Positions 1 through 9,534 of a stretch of 38,658 nt of DNA are shown here, piece after piece. Made by a program: the position numbers and the translations under genes. The notes below the pieces were generated by a model. The model saw only the letters and a list, made by a program, of their open reading frames with translations, did no database searches and was not told where the DNA came from. Position 1 is the stretch's first letter; each line of letters begins with the position of its first letter. Source of the DNA: a bacterium (GTDB taxonomy: Bacteria; Muiribacteriota; UBA6191); assembly GCA_036339875.1 (NCBI GenBank), contig JAYZAC010000159.1, positions 1-38,658 of the forward strand, given 5' to 3'.

Positions 1-234
1 GTGAAAAAACTTTTTCTTATCAAAAGTTCCTGAATATTCATCTAGTGGTAAGTTAGATAAAGTTTTGCTTCGAATTTGTTCAAGAGTCTCGGAACTTATT
101 GCCAAAAAATTTTCGACCCTCTGCATAATCTTTTGTTCATGTTCATCTAGTCTTCCATCCTGATAGATTTCTTCAATCAAAGCTTTGATTAAAGATTCAA
201 CCAGTTCTTGCGGTGCATTTGAAATTGAAACCAT
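1..234 (-). CDS. TerB-like (tellurite-resistance/DjlA-N type) domain protein; N-terminal part only, runs off the window edge
   Basis: Not in the ORF track. Manual translation from ATG at 234 is open to base 1: MVSISNAPQELVESLIKALIEEIYQDGRLDEHEQKIMQRVENFLAISSETLEQIRSK. The DG-x-L-D-x-x-E...L-x-I-S pattern resembles TerB-like helical domains. Confidence 0.5.
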   Translation of the reverse strand, partial: MVSISNAPQELVESLIKALIEEIYQDGRLDEHEQKIMQRVENFLAISSETLEQIRSKTLSNLPLDEYSGTFDKKKFFH

Positions 235-303
235 GACTTTTTATTAATACCCTGTAGGAGTTGAAGACTTATACTAATATATAATCAGATTACGGAATAA
301 AAC

Positions 304-935
304 ATGAATGTGGAACCTTATTTAGCTTTAATCGAATCGAATAGTCTAAAAAAATCTGTTTGTGAGATCAAGTTGACTGTTGAGGATTTACAGCAGGTTG
401 ACCCTAAACGCTTATTTCATGAGTCTCCCGGGATTCGTCGCAGCGTTTTAAGAGATTTAGTTACACAGCGATTAAGTCATTAATTACAGAGCATTCTTTT
501 CGAGTAATACCTGTTGTGGAAAAATTGATTGTAAATGCAAATCTTGACTCGAATTATTATACTAAAATTATATTACTAGCAATGCCTTATCTAGTTACTG
601 AAAAAGAACCACAAGCTCTTCAATCAATGCAATTAATGGCTAACGGAGATCACGCAGCCCAGCTTTGCTTTGCTAAAGCCCTAAAGTTTTGGAATCTATC
701 CAATGTTATTTTAACTAGAGAGATACAGAACCTTTTCGTTAAATCAAATGATTCAGAAATTCTGAATGAATGTTCTAATTACTTGTTGAAATCGTTAGAC
801 GTTGAAGTCCTCCTTGGTAAAGTAGACTGGTTACTCAAAAAAGTTACCCATGCAGAAGCCAAGTCTTGTTTGAATCAGCTAAAAATAAATTTAGAAAAAA
901 AAGCAATCGGAAAAGACAGACTAGCAGATCACTAG
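304..935 (+). pseudogene. Probable frameshifted alpha-helical (HEAT-like) protein: fragments 304..483 and 516..935
   Basis: ATG304 gives 59 aa (MNVEPY...LFHESPGIRRSVLRDLVTQRLSH*). The frame of ORF 516..935 is open upstream to 423, so the two frames overlap and a one-base shift would join them. An assembly error is also possible. Confidence 0.45.
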
Positions 936-2356
936 GATTTGGAGTACTTAAAACAAGGCCATTTGAGAATTGCCGGTTTGATTCCATGGTGGACGTTTTC
1001 AATACCGTCGATTAAACGCTCAGTGCCAACTAGGACATCAAGAATTTGACGACTATATTTAATAGCACTCTCGCGCATGAACCCCATCATAGGCCATCCC
1101 CACAGTGCTGAAAAAAGAACACCATCTTCTTTGAAGTAAGGTTGGGTCATATAAGTACATTCGATAATATTTTCTACAGGACTTCGGTTACTAGCACTAC
1201 CACCGATCAGATCAATGACTACGGTTCCATCACTTAGCAACTCGCGCGCATGTTTTCTGGTTATCAAATAATTTTTGCCTCTAAGTTCAGCAGGTTGCTC
1301 AGCACCATTTATGACAAGATCTACGTTACGCAAATGATGTTCAATGGTTCCTTTAGCAGTTTGTCTTCGTCCTAAAATTTCAATCTGTCGAACTCCTTGC
1401 TGTAGACATTCATCCATAGCTCCAGTGCCAGTATTCCCGTAACCTAAGATAAGTACTTTTGCTTGATCTGCTTGGAGCCCTTTACCTTCATTTTTCAATA
1501 GTGATAATCCATAGCGAGCGCCTGCTCTGCCTGTTTCATGCAAAGCCTGAATTCTGCGCATTCCAAATTCATAGGGAGGGTGAGTTTCACGGTATCTTTG
1601 TATACTCTCTATGCCAAAATTCTCTTCAAATTCTCTAAGATCAAAAAGACAGGCCGTGCTCTGACTCAGTTTTAATTCATCTACGACTTTGGGGCGAAAC
1701 TGTCGTCCATCTCTCCAGTAACTATCATAGAAAACGATGCTGTTTTTACTTAAATTACCCATTTCTTCAAGACTAACATCTGAACGGAAAACTTTCAGAT
1801 GCTTTGGGTTTCTATTGCCAGCTCTTCGAATAGCACCCGTAAGTCTGGAAGAATAGCCCAAAATATTAACTTCAAGATCTGGCAATGGAATGCCCATATT
1901 GTGAAGGCAGTAACGCATAGCAGTTTTTGAGAGTACTAAATCATCTGACATGTGTTTTGGCGTTTCTACAATTTCTTCCATTGCGATTACGTTTACATTT
2001 TGATCGAGTAATTTTTGGGCCCTATCTGGAAAAGATGCATTGTGTGCCATACAGAGTAAAGTTGCACCTCTATCAATTCGAGAAATACAGTCATAGGCTA
2101 CTCCTTTGAATTTGATCAACAAATCCTTATCTGAGTAAATTAACTCGTGAGTTTGTATTTCTGCTCCGGCTTCTATGTATTCAGCGTCACTAAAGCCAAC
2201 CCCTAATCCAGCACCTTCCTCAACAAAAACTCTACACTCTAGCTTGACCAATGCCTGCACTTCAGTAGGTGCTAATGCAACCCTTTTCTCCATAGCTCCC
2301 GGATTCTCAGGTCCTTCGACTTCCCTTAATAAGCCAATTCGTTGAAAAGTTTGCAT
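932..2356 (-). CDS. Alanine dehydrogenase/PNT-superfamily NAD(P)-dependent oxidoreductase, N5-(carboxyethyl)ornithine synthase-like, with an insertion of about 138 aa
   Basis: N-terminal motifs EKRVALAP, VFVEEGAGLGVGFSDAEYIEAGA and DLLIKFK; Rossmann motif ILGYGNTG; DLVING and GTVVIDL. Likely start is ATG2356 (MQTFQRIG) after a GAGGG SD; the ORF track extends to 2392. Confidence 0.75.
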   Translation of the reverse strand: MQTFQRIGLLREVEGPENPGAMEKRVALAPTEVQALVKLECRVFVEEGAGLGVGFSDAEYIEAGAEIQTHELIYSDKDLLIKFKGVAYDCISRIDRGATLLCMAHNASFPDRAQKLLDQNVNVIAMEEIVETPKHMSDDLVLSKTAMRYCLHNMGIPLPDLEVNILGYSSRLTGAIRRAGNRNPKHLKVFRSDVSLEEMGNLSKNSIVFYDSYWRDGRQFRPKVVDELKLSQSTACLFDLREFEENFGIESIQRYRETHPPYEFGMRRIQALHETGRAGARYGLSLLKNEGKGLQADQAKVLILGYGNTGTGAMDECLQQGVRQIEILGRRQTAKGTIEHHLRNVDLVINGAEQPAELRGKNYLITRKHARELLSDGTVVIDLIGGSASNRSPVENIIECTYMTQPYFKEDGVLFSALWGWPMMGFMRESAIKYSRQILDVLVGTERLIDGIENVHHGIKPAILKWPCFKYSKS

Positions 2357-2358
2357 TA

Positions 2359-3120
2359 CTATTCCCTCATTAAATTCCCAAAGGTTTTCCATGCACGTTC
2401 GTAGTGAACAATCATCTTGATCAAATTATCTCTAGAGGGAAAATCAGTAAATTGTCTCCATGAAGCCAAAAATAATTCATCCGGGAAATTATCTAAGCGA
2501 TATTCACCATGACCTACCGTAACAAGGAGTCGAGGAGGACGTTTCATTTTTTTCAATTTTCCCACAATCTGTCGACTTTTAGCATTTATTTGAAGTGTTG
2601 CTCGTTGGGCTGGGATCGCCAAATTGATGGGCGTTGTAGTAGTCTCTACTTTTAGCGTCATGGAAGTTGGTTGTGTTTGAGATATGGCTCTTGCTCGAGC
2701 ATGAGGGTAATAATGAATCTCCATCGAGTTAATATCTATGGGGAAATTGTCCGCCATGAATCCACGCCTGCGTGGTACACGAAGCCAGAATTTTTGAAAT
2801 TCATCAAATGTAAGTGAGTATTGATGAATTTCCCCATCTTTTTCTAGGGAGATTGCTTTGGTGGTTGAGAGACCTGTAGATCGCCATTTTGCAAAATGAT
2901 ATCCCCCCTGATTTTTAGGACACCAAATCCAGCGTTCTAAGTTTTGACCGATAATACGTCCTTGATCGGGTAGGTCTTGCTGTGACCAACCCTCTTTAAG
3001 TATTCGTCCGATCTCAAGAAAACAACGAGCTGTATCGTCGGCAGCGTGATGATGAATTGTTAATCCAAACACTGTAAATAGTGCATAAATAAAAATACGT
3101 TGGAAATACATGGAACCCAT
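2359..3120 (-). CDS. Hypothetical exported or membrane-anchored protein
   Basis: 253-aa ORF with a hydrophobic N-terminus (IFIYALFTVFGLTI). Its stop lies 2 nt before the dehydrogenase start. The real start may be ATG3111. Confidence 0.6.
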   Translation of the reverse strand: MGSMYFQRIFIYALFTVFGLTIHHHAADDTARCFLEIGRILKEGWSQQDLPDQGRIIGQNLERWIWCPKNQGGYHFAKWRSTGLSTTKAISLEKDGEIHQYSLTFDEFQKFWLRVPRRRGFMADNFPIDINSMEIHYYPHARARAISQTQPTSMTLKVETTTTPINLAIPAQRATLQINAKSRQIVGKLKKMKRPPRLLVTVGHGEYRLDNFPDELFLASWRQFTDFPSRDNLIKMIVHYERAWKTFGNLMRE

Positions 3121-3296
3121 TCTACTTTGAAAATGTCTTAAACAATAATTAAACCAATAATAATAATATTTAGGTGATGATAATGATTTTTGTGCATAGC
3201 CTCAAGTTTCCTATATTAAACAGCGCAAGGTTTACATCAAATGAGACCTCTAATAGATTGTCGAGCGGGCATGTAAAAGCTTATATTGGGACATCC

Positions 3297-3974
3297 ATGT
3301 TTAATGCAAAAACCATTCAAAAATCACAGCATGACGAGAGTGAGTCGAAAGCTTTATCAGATAATGAGCGAGCTAATATATTGGCTGAGCGGCTCAAAAA
3401 TGGAGAAAAAAAAGTATTCGAAGAGCTTTATTATTTGTTTGAAAAAAAGATTTTTAACCTTTGTTTTCGAATGCTTTCTTCTCACGAGGAAGCTGCAGAT
3501 TTAACTCAGGAAGTTTTTGTTAAAGTTCACAAAAATATTCATAAATTTCGTGGAGATAGCAATTTTTATACTTGGTTATACACTGTAGCCTTGAATACTT
3601 GCCGTAATAGACGTGAGAAAGTTTCACGTAAACGCCTACATGAAACCAATCTAGGTTATTCTGAGGAAGGTCACGACTTAATCGAGACTTTATTTGCGGA
3701 CCCACGATCTTCTAAGTCCCCTACCCATCGTTTAGAATCTGAAGAACTTCAAAAATGGGTTTCAGCAGGTATTGCAGAACTATCACCCAAGTATAAAGAG
3801 ATAATAATCATGAAAGATATTAGTTCAATGAGTTATGAGGAAATAGCTTCTGTCTTGGATTGCTCTCTAGGAACGGTAAAATCGCGTTTGAATCGAGCTC
3901 GTAATATGCTTAAAGAAAAACTTGAAAGCTCTCGTAATCGCTCTGAAGTGAGTCAGAGAAGAGGTGAGCTGTGA
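3297..3974 (+). CDS. ECF-family RNA polymerase sigma factor (RpoE/SigW-like)
   Basis: Region 2 EAADLTQEVFVKV...FRGDSNFYTWLYTVALNTC; region 4 MSYEEIASVLDCSLGTVKSRLNRAR. Likely start ATG3297; the ORF track starts at 3174. Confidence 0.92.
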   Translation: MFNAKTIQKSQHDESESKALSDNERANILAERLKNGEKKVFEELYYLFEKKIFNLCFRMLSSHEEAADLTQEVFVKVHKNIHKFRGDSNFYTWLYTVALNTCRNRREKVSRKRLHETNLGYSEEGHDLIETLFADPRSSKSPTHRLESEELQKWVSAGIAELSPKYKEIIIMKDISSMSYEEIASVLDCSLGTVKSRLNRARNMLKEKLESSRNRSEVSQRRGEL

Positions 3975-5233
3975 ACCCACATTTTAATGTAAAAGAATTT
4001 GAAAATTTAATAGAAGATTTAAGGGAAACTAACCCAGAAATGAGTGAAGCTGAACTAGTGGAATTAGCAAGTTTGGTGCACAATATACAAGAAATGCCTG
4101 AGCTAGATGCTCCATCAGGTCTGTTTGAAAAAGTAAAATCTGAAATTAATAATCAGGATTCAGTCAAAGATAGTTTTCAAAACCAAAAAGAAAATAAAAT
4201 TAGTTCAGAGAGTTCATGGTTAGATCAATTTGTAAGTAACCTGCAGTCTTATCTATTACCTTTTAGTAGTGGCGCTGTGGCTATGTTGGTATTTATCACA
4301 GTTTTTGATTTGCCTATCTTGAATACAAATCTTAGCGAGTCAGTCCAATCTAAGGCGACTTATGAAGATTTTCAGGTCAATAGCACTGAATTTGGTATAA
4401 GTAGTGAGACCTTAGGAAATTCTCCACAAAATCTCGAAATCAAAACTATGGCAAAAGTTCAGCAACCTTCGAAGAAATCCTCGGGTATAACCGATCAGAA
4501 GACTCTTAAAAATAATGATTTAAGTAAGTCTTCAAAGCGCCGCAGAATAGTCAGGGTAGATCGTAAGAAACGGGATTTGAAGGCAATGGGTATTGGGAAA
4601 AAAGCTCCAAGTCAAATTATGGAACCTTCCAAACCCGGGCCAATTAGATCATCAATGATGGCTTCACTAAGTGCAAAAAGAGATGATTGGATACCTCGGA
4701 AATCTAAGTCGACTACAACTAGGTCCCCTCAACAAATTGATCGAGTCATGTCTGCTAGTCAATTCTCACCAGCTTCCGAATATATTTCGAGTGAAGATTC
4801 GTTATCTTCTTTGGAACCCTCTTCGGAGGAACCATTAAATTTTGTATCAGATAAATCGTTAATTAAGAAGGCAGTTACATATCGTGAAGTATTAGAGGTT
4901 CATTGGAAGATATCTTTAGAAGAAGTAAAAAATGCAAGAAATCTAATTAAATACTCTTTTAGTGATGTGAATCACATTCGACACTTAAGTGCTGAAGATT
5001 TAGACGACTACAGTGAAATCAGTGGTCAAATTTTAGCGGATAGTTTCTTCTTAAAAGTGGATACTACAAGCTTGAAAGATTTAATAGAAAAAGCTAATGA
5101 AATCGGATCTTTCTGGATTCCTGATAGACGCAACCCAAAGCTTTATAAAAACTTAAAAGACTATCTATCTAAGCATCCGCCGTCGGATGGAAAATTATTT
5201 GATGTTCAATTAAAATTAGTCATCATCGGTTAA
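3971..5233 (+). CDS. Putative transmembrane anti-sigma factor
   Basis: GTGA overlap with the ECF stop; short cytoplasmic N-terminus with PELDAPSGLFEKV; one TM segment (FSSGAVAMLVFITVF); long Ser/Lys-rich extracytoplasmic part. Confidence 0.65.
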   Translation: MNPHFNVKEFENLIEDLRETNPEMSEAELVELASLVHNIQEMPELDAPSGLFEKVKSEINNQDSVKDSFQNQKENKISSESSWLDQFVSNLQSYLLPFSSGAVAMLVFITVFDLPILNTNLSESVQSKATYEDFQVNSTEFGISSETLGNSPQNLEIKTMAKVQQPSKKSSGITDQKTLKNNDLSKSSKRRRIVRVDRKKRDLKAMGIGKKAPSQIMEPSKPGPIRSSMMASLSAKRDDWIPRKSKSTTTRSPQQIDRVMSASQFSPASEYISSEDSLSSLEPSSEEPLNFVSDKSLIKKAVTYREVLEVHWKISLEEVKNARNLIKYSFSDVNHIRHLSAEDLDDYSEISGQILADSFFLKVDTTSLKDLIEKANEIGSFWIPDRRNPKLYKNLKDYLSKHPPSDGKLFDVQLKLVIIG

Positions 5234-6075
5234 TATGTTCCGGCTTGCTGATAGATTTTACTTGAATCGTTAAGATTCCAATCGTAATCATTGAACCGTA
5301 ATTCGTAATTCGAACTTTTTAATTTGGATTTAAGATCAGAGCTTAACCATGGACTCATTTTTTCAAAAGTTGAACCATTTTTGGGCGCAAAATCTTGTGA
5401 GTACCAATCGAAAATTTTGCTTACCAAAATCTTTTGATTCGCATGGTCGATAATTGTTTCTGTATTAGTAAATTTATAGCCTGCAAAGTGCAGTTGATCC
5501 GTAACTGTTGCCGCATGAAATACTGTCAACGATTTAGGGCAACCGAGTGAAGCACAAACTAGTCCAAAATGAATTTCGGGACGTTTAAAGTATTTGATTA
5601 AAATAGTTTTTTCAATTTCATCTAAACTAATGCTCAAGTCCTTAAAATGACACCAAGGTTTCTTGAAAAAGTTTTTTGAGGTAACGACACTGAATGCTTC
5701 GGTTCTGTATTTTGGAAGCTGGAGATGCCTAACTACGTGATATAAAACATAAATGTTATAAGCATTTAACCAAAAAGAAAGCTTAGTTTCTCCTTTAAGT
5801 CGAGTGGCATAAAACTCTTGAAGGAAAAGTTGTATATTGTTCAAATCAGAAAGGTTTGGTTCGCTCATTAGTGACTTATAATTAACCAGACCTTCACCGT
5901 CAACGACCCTACTTAATAAGCTTTCATACTGCTTAAGTGCGTAAGCATAACTCCAATCTAATCTCAGTACATTAGATCTACGAGTAGTGGATAAATCACC
6001 ACTCATTCTGTAACAACCGATCAACAGCGCAGTGACTACTAAGGTAATAAATATTGATATACTTTTATTCAACAT
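5230..6075 (-). CDS. DUF547 domain lipoprotein
   Basis: Lipobox LLIGC; motifs GLVNY, FWLNAYN, EIHFGLVCASLGCP, SKIFDWY..DF and YDWNLN. Confidence 0.88.
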   Translation of the reverse strand: MLNKSISIFITLVVTALLIGCYRMSGDLSTTRRSNVLRLDWSYAYALKQYESLLSRVVDGEGLVNYKSLMSEPNLSDLNNIQLFLQEFYATRLKGETKLSFWLNAYNIYVLYHVVRHLQLPKYRTEAFSVVTSKNFFKKPWCHFKDLSISLDEIEKTILIKYFKRPEIHFGLVCASLGCPKSLTVFHAATVTDQLHFAGYKFTNTETIIDHANQKILVSKIFDWYSQDFAPKNGSTFEKMSPWLSSDLKSKLKSSNYELRFNDYDWNLNDSSKIYQQAGTY

Positions 6076-6109
6076 GATTCAGTTACTGCTACAATATATA
6101 CAATAAGTT

Positions 6110-6862
6110 ATGACTTGGAAACTAGGACAAAAATTTGCAATCGTAATCGTCGGCGATGAATTTACTCGTGGAGAATCTCCTGAAAAAAATGGGCCTTGGA
6201 TTGCCCGACAATTAGTAGATTACGGTTTTACCGTCGAGCTATGCATTCAAATTAGCGATGATTTTGATTCGCTGACTTACTGGCTGAAGTATGTATTAAA
6301 AGGTCCTATTGACCATGTGATTGTGAGTGGTGGAATTGGTGGTACGCACGATGATCACACCAGACAGTCCATCGCCAAGGCTCTAGGTTTGCCTATTAAA
6401 GTTCACGATAGCTGCCTTGAGATTCTTGAGAAAAAATATGTTGGACGACTGAATGATCAAAGGAGGAGAATGTCTCACTTGCCACTTGGAAGTGAGTTGA
6501 TTGATAACCCACAGGGAGCTCCTGGATTCCAGATAGCTAACATCACTGCTTTGCCGGGGTTTCCTAGGATGGTGAAGAGCATGCTACCAAAACTTCTTGC
6601 TAATAGCGAAGGTCAACATAATTCTATGTTACGTATGGACGCTCATTTTTCTAATTTGACCGAAGGCGACATAGCCGTACAAGTTGAAGAGTTTGCTGAG
6701 CGATGGTCTTCAGAGATAGAAAGTCTAGGAATTTATCCTGATGCCACCCAAGGCGTTAGGGCAGTGAGTTTAAAGTTGAGGTGTAGTGCCTCGGGCCATA
6801 AGGATTTGATAAAGTCATTCAGAGCTTTAGTTCAAAGTCTAGGTGGAAGCCTTCTCAATTAA
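6110..6862 (+). CDS. Molybdopterin-binding-fold CinA N-terminal (COG1058-like) protein, lacking the C-terminal NMN deamidase domain
   Basis: Motifs IVIVGDEFTRG, SGGIGGTHDDHT, NPQGAPGF and LPGFP; only 250 aa. Confidence 0.82.
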   Translation: MTWKLGQKFAIVIVGDEFTRGESPEKNGPWIARQLVDYGFTVELCIQISDDFDSLTYWLKYVLKGPIDHVIVSGGIGGTHDDHTRQSIAKALGLPIKVHDSCLEILEKKYVGRLNDQRRRMSHLPLGSELIDNPQGAPGFQIANITALPGFPRMVKSMLPKLLANSEGQHNSMLRMDAHFSNLTEGDIAVQVEEFAERWSSEIESLGIYPDATQGVRAVSLKLRCSASGHKDLIKSFRALVQSLGGSLLN

Positions 6863-6870
6863 TCGATCAT

Positions 6871-9534
6871 TTATGAAACTCCATATTTTTTTGCTAATTG
6901 TGTTTTGAGGGCACGGTGGTTAGTTTTTCCAGTTCCAAGTAACGGAATCTCTTCAACTTCTTCATGATGATTCAATCTTCCTACGTTTGAAAATCCTGCT
7001 TTTTTTAGAGTTTCATTGGCTTCATTAAGGTTTAATGTTACTCTCGAAAAAATAGCTAAAACTGGACGCTCTCCATCTCTTTCAATTGCTTCAACAGCTA
7101 CTGCTGGTCCTTCATCATCTCCTGGCCAGCGGTCAACAAGAACATCTTCCATTGCCGGTAAACTAATCATTTCACCCGCGACTTTAACAAACCGTTTTAA
7201 TCTACCAGCAAGAGTAATTGCACCATTTTCGTTTAAGATTCCCAAATCACCTGTGTTGTACCAACGATCGCCATCGATTTCTAGAAAAGGATTAGGTGCA
7301 TCATCACCCAAGTAGCCTTTGAAGATATTTCCTCCTCGGGCAATTATTAAACCGCGTTCACCATTAGGGAGAGTTTTATGCGTGTCCATATCAACTACTC
7401 TTACTTCAGATTGCGGAGCTGGCCAACCAACACCACAGCGATCTCGATTTGGGTAATTCATGGTCAATATAGGAGCGCATTCTGTTATGCCATATCCTTC
7501 TATCAGCTTCGCTCCAACACTTAGTGCTTCAACTTTTCTAAATAACTCATCAGGAGCTTTTTCAGCACCTGTAATAAAATATCTCACACTGGTAAGTTGT
7601 TCTGGATCAGCTGCCTTAAAGATACCGGTAACAAAGGAAGGTGTGCCACAGACTGTTGTGCATCTCCACATATGAATTCCACGAGCTAGCCGACGCGATT
7701 CTGTTGGATTAGGATAGTATGCTACTTTCAGGCCGGTTGTAAGGGGTAACATTGTAGTGATCGTAAAACCAAAACTATGAAATGGTGGTAGAAAACCATA
7801 GAGAGTATCTGTACTCTGAAAGGGTATTACCTGAATACCATCGCAAATATTTGTTAAAAGATTACTATGACTGAGGGGAACTCCTTTGGGAACTGATTCG
7901 CTACCACTTGTAAAAAGAATAACCGCTGGCTCATGCTCATCGATATTTTGGAGATCTAATTTTTCCAGCAGAGTTTCGGTTGAAAAAAATGATTTCCAGA
8001 TAGCGTTAAGTTTTTGTCGTATACCGATTTCATTGCTACGCAGATCCTCTACAAAAACTAGTATATCGTCCATTGCTCCCAATTCTACGTTGCCCAACTT
8101 ATCTAAAAATTGACTGGACGTTATAACTTGAGTGATACCAGTTAAATCCATTACATGCTGCAGATTTCTAGGCCCTAGAGTCCAATTAATCATTACGGGG
8201 ATTTTGCCGGCTAATAAACAACCCAGAGCTACAACCCCTACACCAGCCGTTGAAGGTAGCATTACACCCACCTTTTTACCTGGCATTTTAGTGATTACTT
8301 GAGCCAAAACGAGAGCTCCAATTTTGACTTTTTTATAAGTCAATACCCCTCTATTTTCGTCGGCACAGGCCACTGCGGACCCCATTCTCTCCGCATTATG
8401 GAGGAAAGCTTCTTGAATTGTTTTACCTTGAGGTTTTACAACATTCGGTCTATCTGACTCAGCCCAACCTTTTGGTGCTCGATTAATTTCACCCTCACTT
8501 AAGCCTGAGCGGCCAGCGGCAATTTCCATAACCTTGCCCACGGAAACTAGCTCTGTAATTTCTACATCTTGCACATCAAAAATTTCATCGAGCCAGACAA
8601 GTACATCTGATAAATCAAGGCTGTCTAAACCTAAATCTTCTGTAAGTAAGTCGGAGTCATTAATTTCTTCCACTGGGCGGTCAATCATGCGAGCAAACTC
8701 TGACAAGACTTTTTGCTGAACTTCCAAAGAAATATCAGAGAGATCAACTTCTACTTCAGCGCCAAATGACTCTACATCGGGAAGGTCTGTTTTATAGAAA
8801 GAATATGATTTTAGACTTAATGGCTCCTCTCCGTGTTGGTTATACCAATTTTCCATCCACGAATTGAGTTCCATTTTGTCAGCATTTCTTGGGAAATCAG
8901 ATGGGGCTTCTTCGATTTCTAGTGTTACGTCTCGACGGGGTGCGAAAAAAATTATGTTTTTAATCAAAATTTTTATAGCTTTTAAAACTACCGTTCCAAC
9001 ATCTGGTGTGATCCCACGAGTTAGAGCTGTGGAGAACGAACTACCCCATAATCCCCGCGTTCTAATCATTACGATTTTTACGTCTGGATATTTTTCTAAA
9101 ATGTTTGATACTGCTGATGCACCCTTGATTTTTTCAAGTCCGCTACGTTGAAGTCCTCCAGATGGATATAAAAGTATATTATTACCTTCTTTAAGCCCAT
9201 TGATCGTAGTTTCTAGGACTTTTTCCATACGGCGAATTTTGTACGGACTGAAACCCTGCTCCATGTCAGGTACTGGGATTGCATTAATCCATTTCATAAC
9301 TGAGTTTAGGATAGGTAGATTATACATAGGTTCGGTAATTAATGGTCTTACTGGAAATCTCCAATACACTAAAGAAGCTACGATTACGGGGTCTATCTCC
9401 GCGGGATGATTCGGTAAGAAAAGAACTCCTTTGTGATTCGGTAGTTGATTGTACCCAGTTATTTTGATTCGGTAACGAAGCGCTAGTAGGCATCGAACTA
9501 AAAAAGCTAACAAACAACAAAAGAAATGCTTCAT
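6871..9534 (-). CDS. aas: Aas-like acyltransferase / ACP / acyl-ACP synthetase fusion
   Basis: PlsC motif NHPAEID (HX4D); ACP motif DLGLDSLD; adenylation motifs LFTSGSESVPKG, EGYGITE, YNTGD and GTGK. ATG9534 overlaps the lplT stop (ATGA); the ORF track starts at 9552. Confidence 0.85.
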   Translation of the reverse strand: MKHFFCCLLAFLVRCLLALRYRIKITGYNQLPNHKGVLFLPNHPAEIDPVIVASLVYWRFPVRPLITEPMYNLPILNSVMKWINAIPVPDMEQGFSPYKIRRMEKVLETTINGLKEGNNILLYPSGGLQRSGLEKIKGASAVSNILEKYPDVKIVMIRTRGLWGSSFSTALTRGITPDVGTVVLKAIKILIKNIIFFAPRRDVTLEIEEAPSDFPRNADKMELNSWMENWYNQHGEEPLSLKSYSFYKTDLPDVESFGAEVEVDLSDISLEVQQKVLSEFARMIDRPVEEINDSDLLTEDLGLDSLDLSDVLVWLDEIFDVQDVEITELVSVGKVMEIAAGRSGLSEGEINRAPKGWAESDRPNVVKPQGKTIQEAFLHNAERMGSAVACADENRGVLTYKKVKIGALVLAQVITKMPGKKVGVMLPSTAGVGVVALGCLLAGKIPVMINWTLGPRNLQHVMDLTGITQVITSSQFLDKLGNVELGAMDDILVFVEDLRSNEIGIRQKLNAIWKSFFSTETLLEKLDLQNIDEHEPAVILFTSGSESVPKGVPLSHSNLLTNICDGIQVIPFQSTDTLYGFLPPFHSFGFTITTMLPLTTGLKVAYYPNPTESRRLARGIHMWRCTTVCGTPSFVTGIFKAADPEQLTSVRYFITGAEKAPDELFRKVEALSVGAKLIEGYGITECAPILTMNYPNRDRCGVGWPAPQSEVRVVDMDTHKTLPNGERGLIIARGGNIFKGYLGDDAPNPFLEIDGDRWYNTGDLGILNENGAITLAGRLKRFVKVAGEMISLPAMEDVLVDRWPGDDEGPAVAVEAIERDGERPVLAIFSRVTLNLNEANETLKKAGFSNVGRLNHHEEVEEIPLLGTGKTNHRALKTQLAKKYGVS

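Noticed and set aside
6871..9534. NRPS or secondary-metabolite cluster (adenylation plus carrier domain)
   Set aside because: There are no condensation, KS or TE domains; the PlsC domain and lplT neighbour fit Aas-type lipid salvage.
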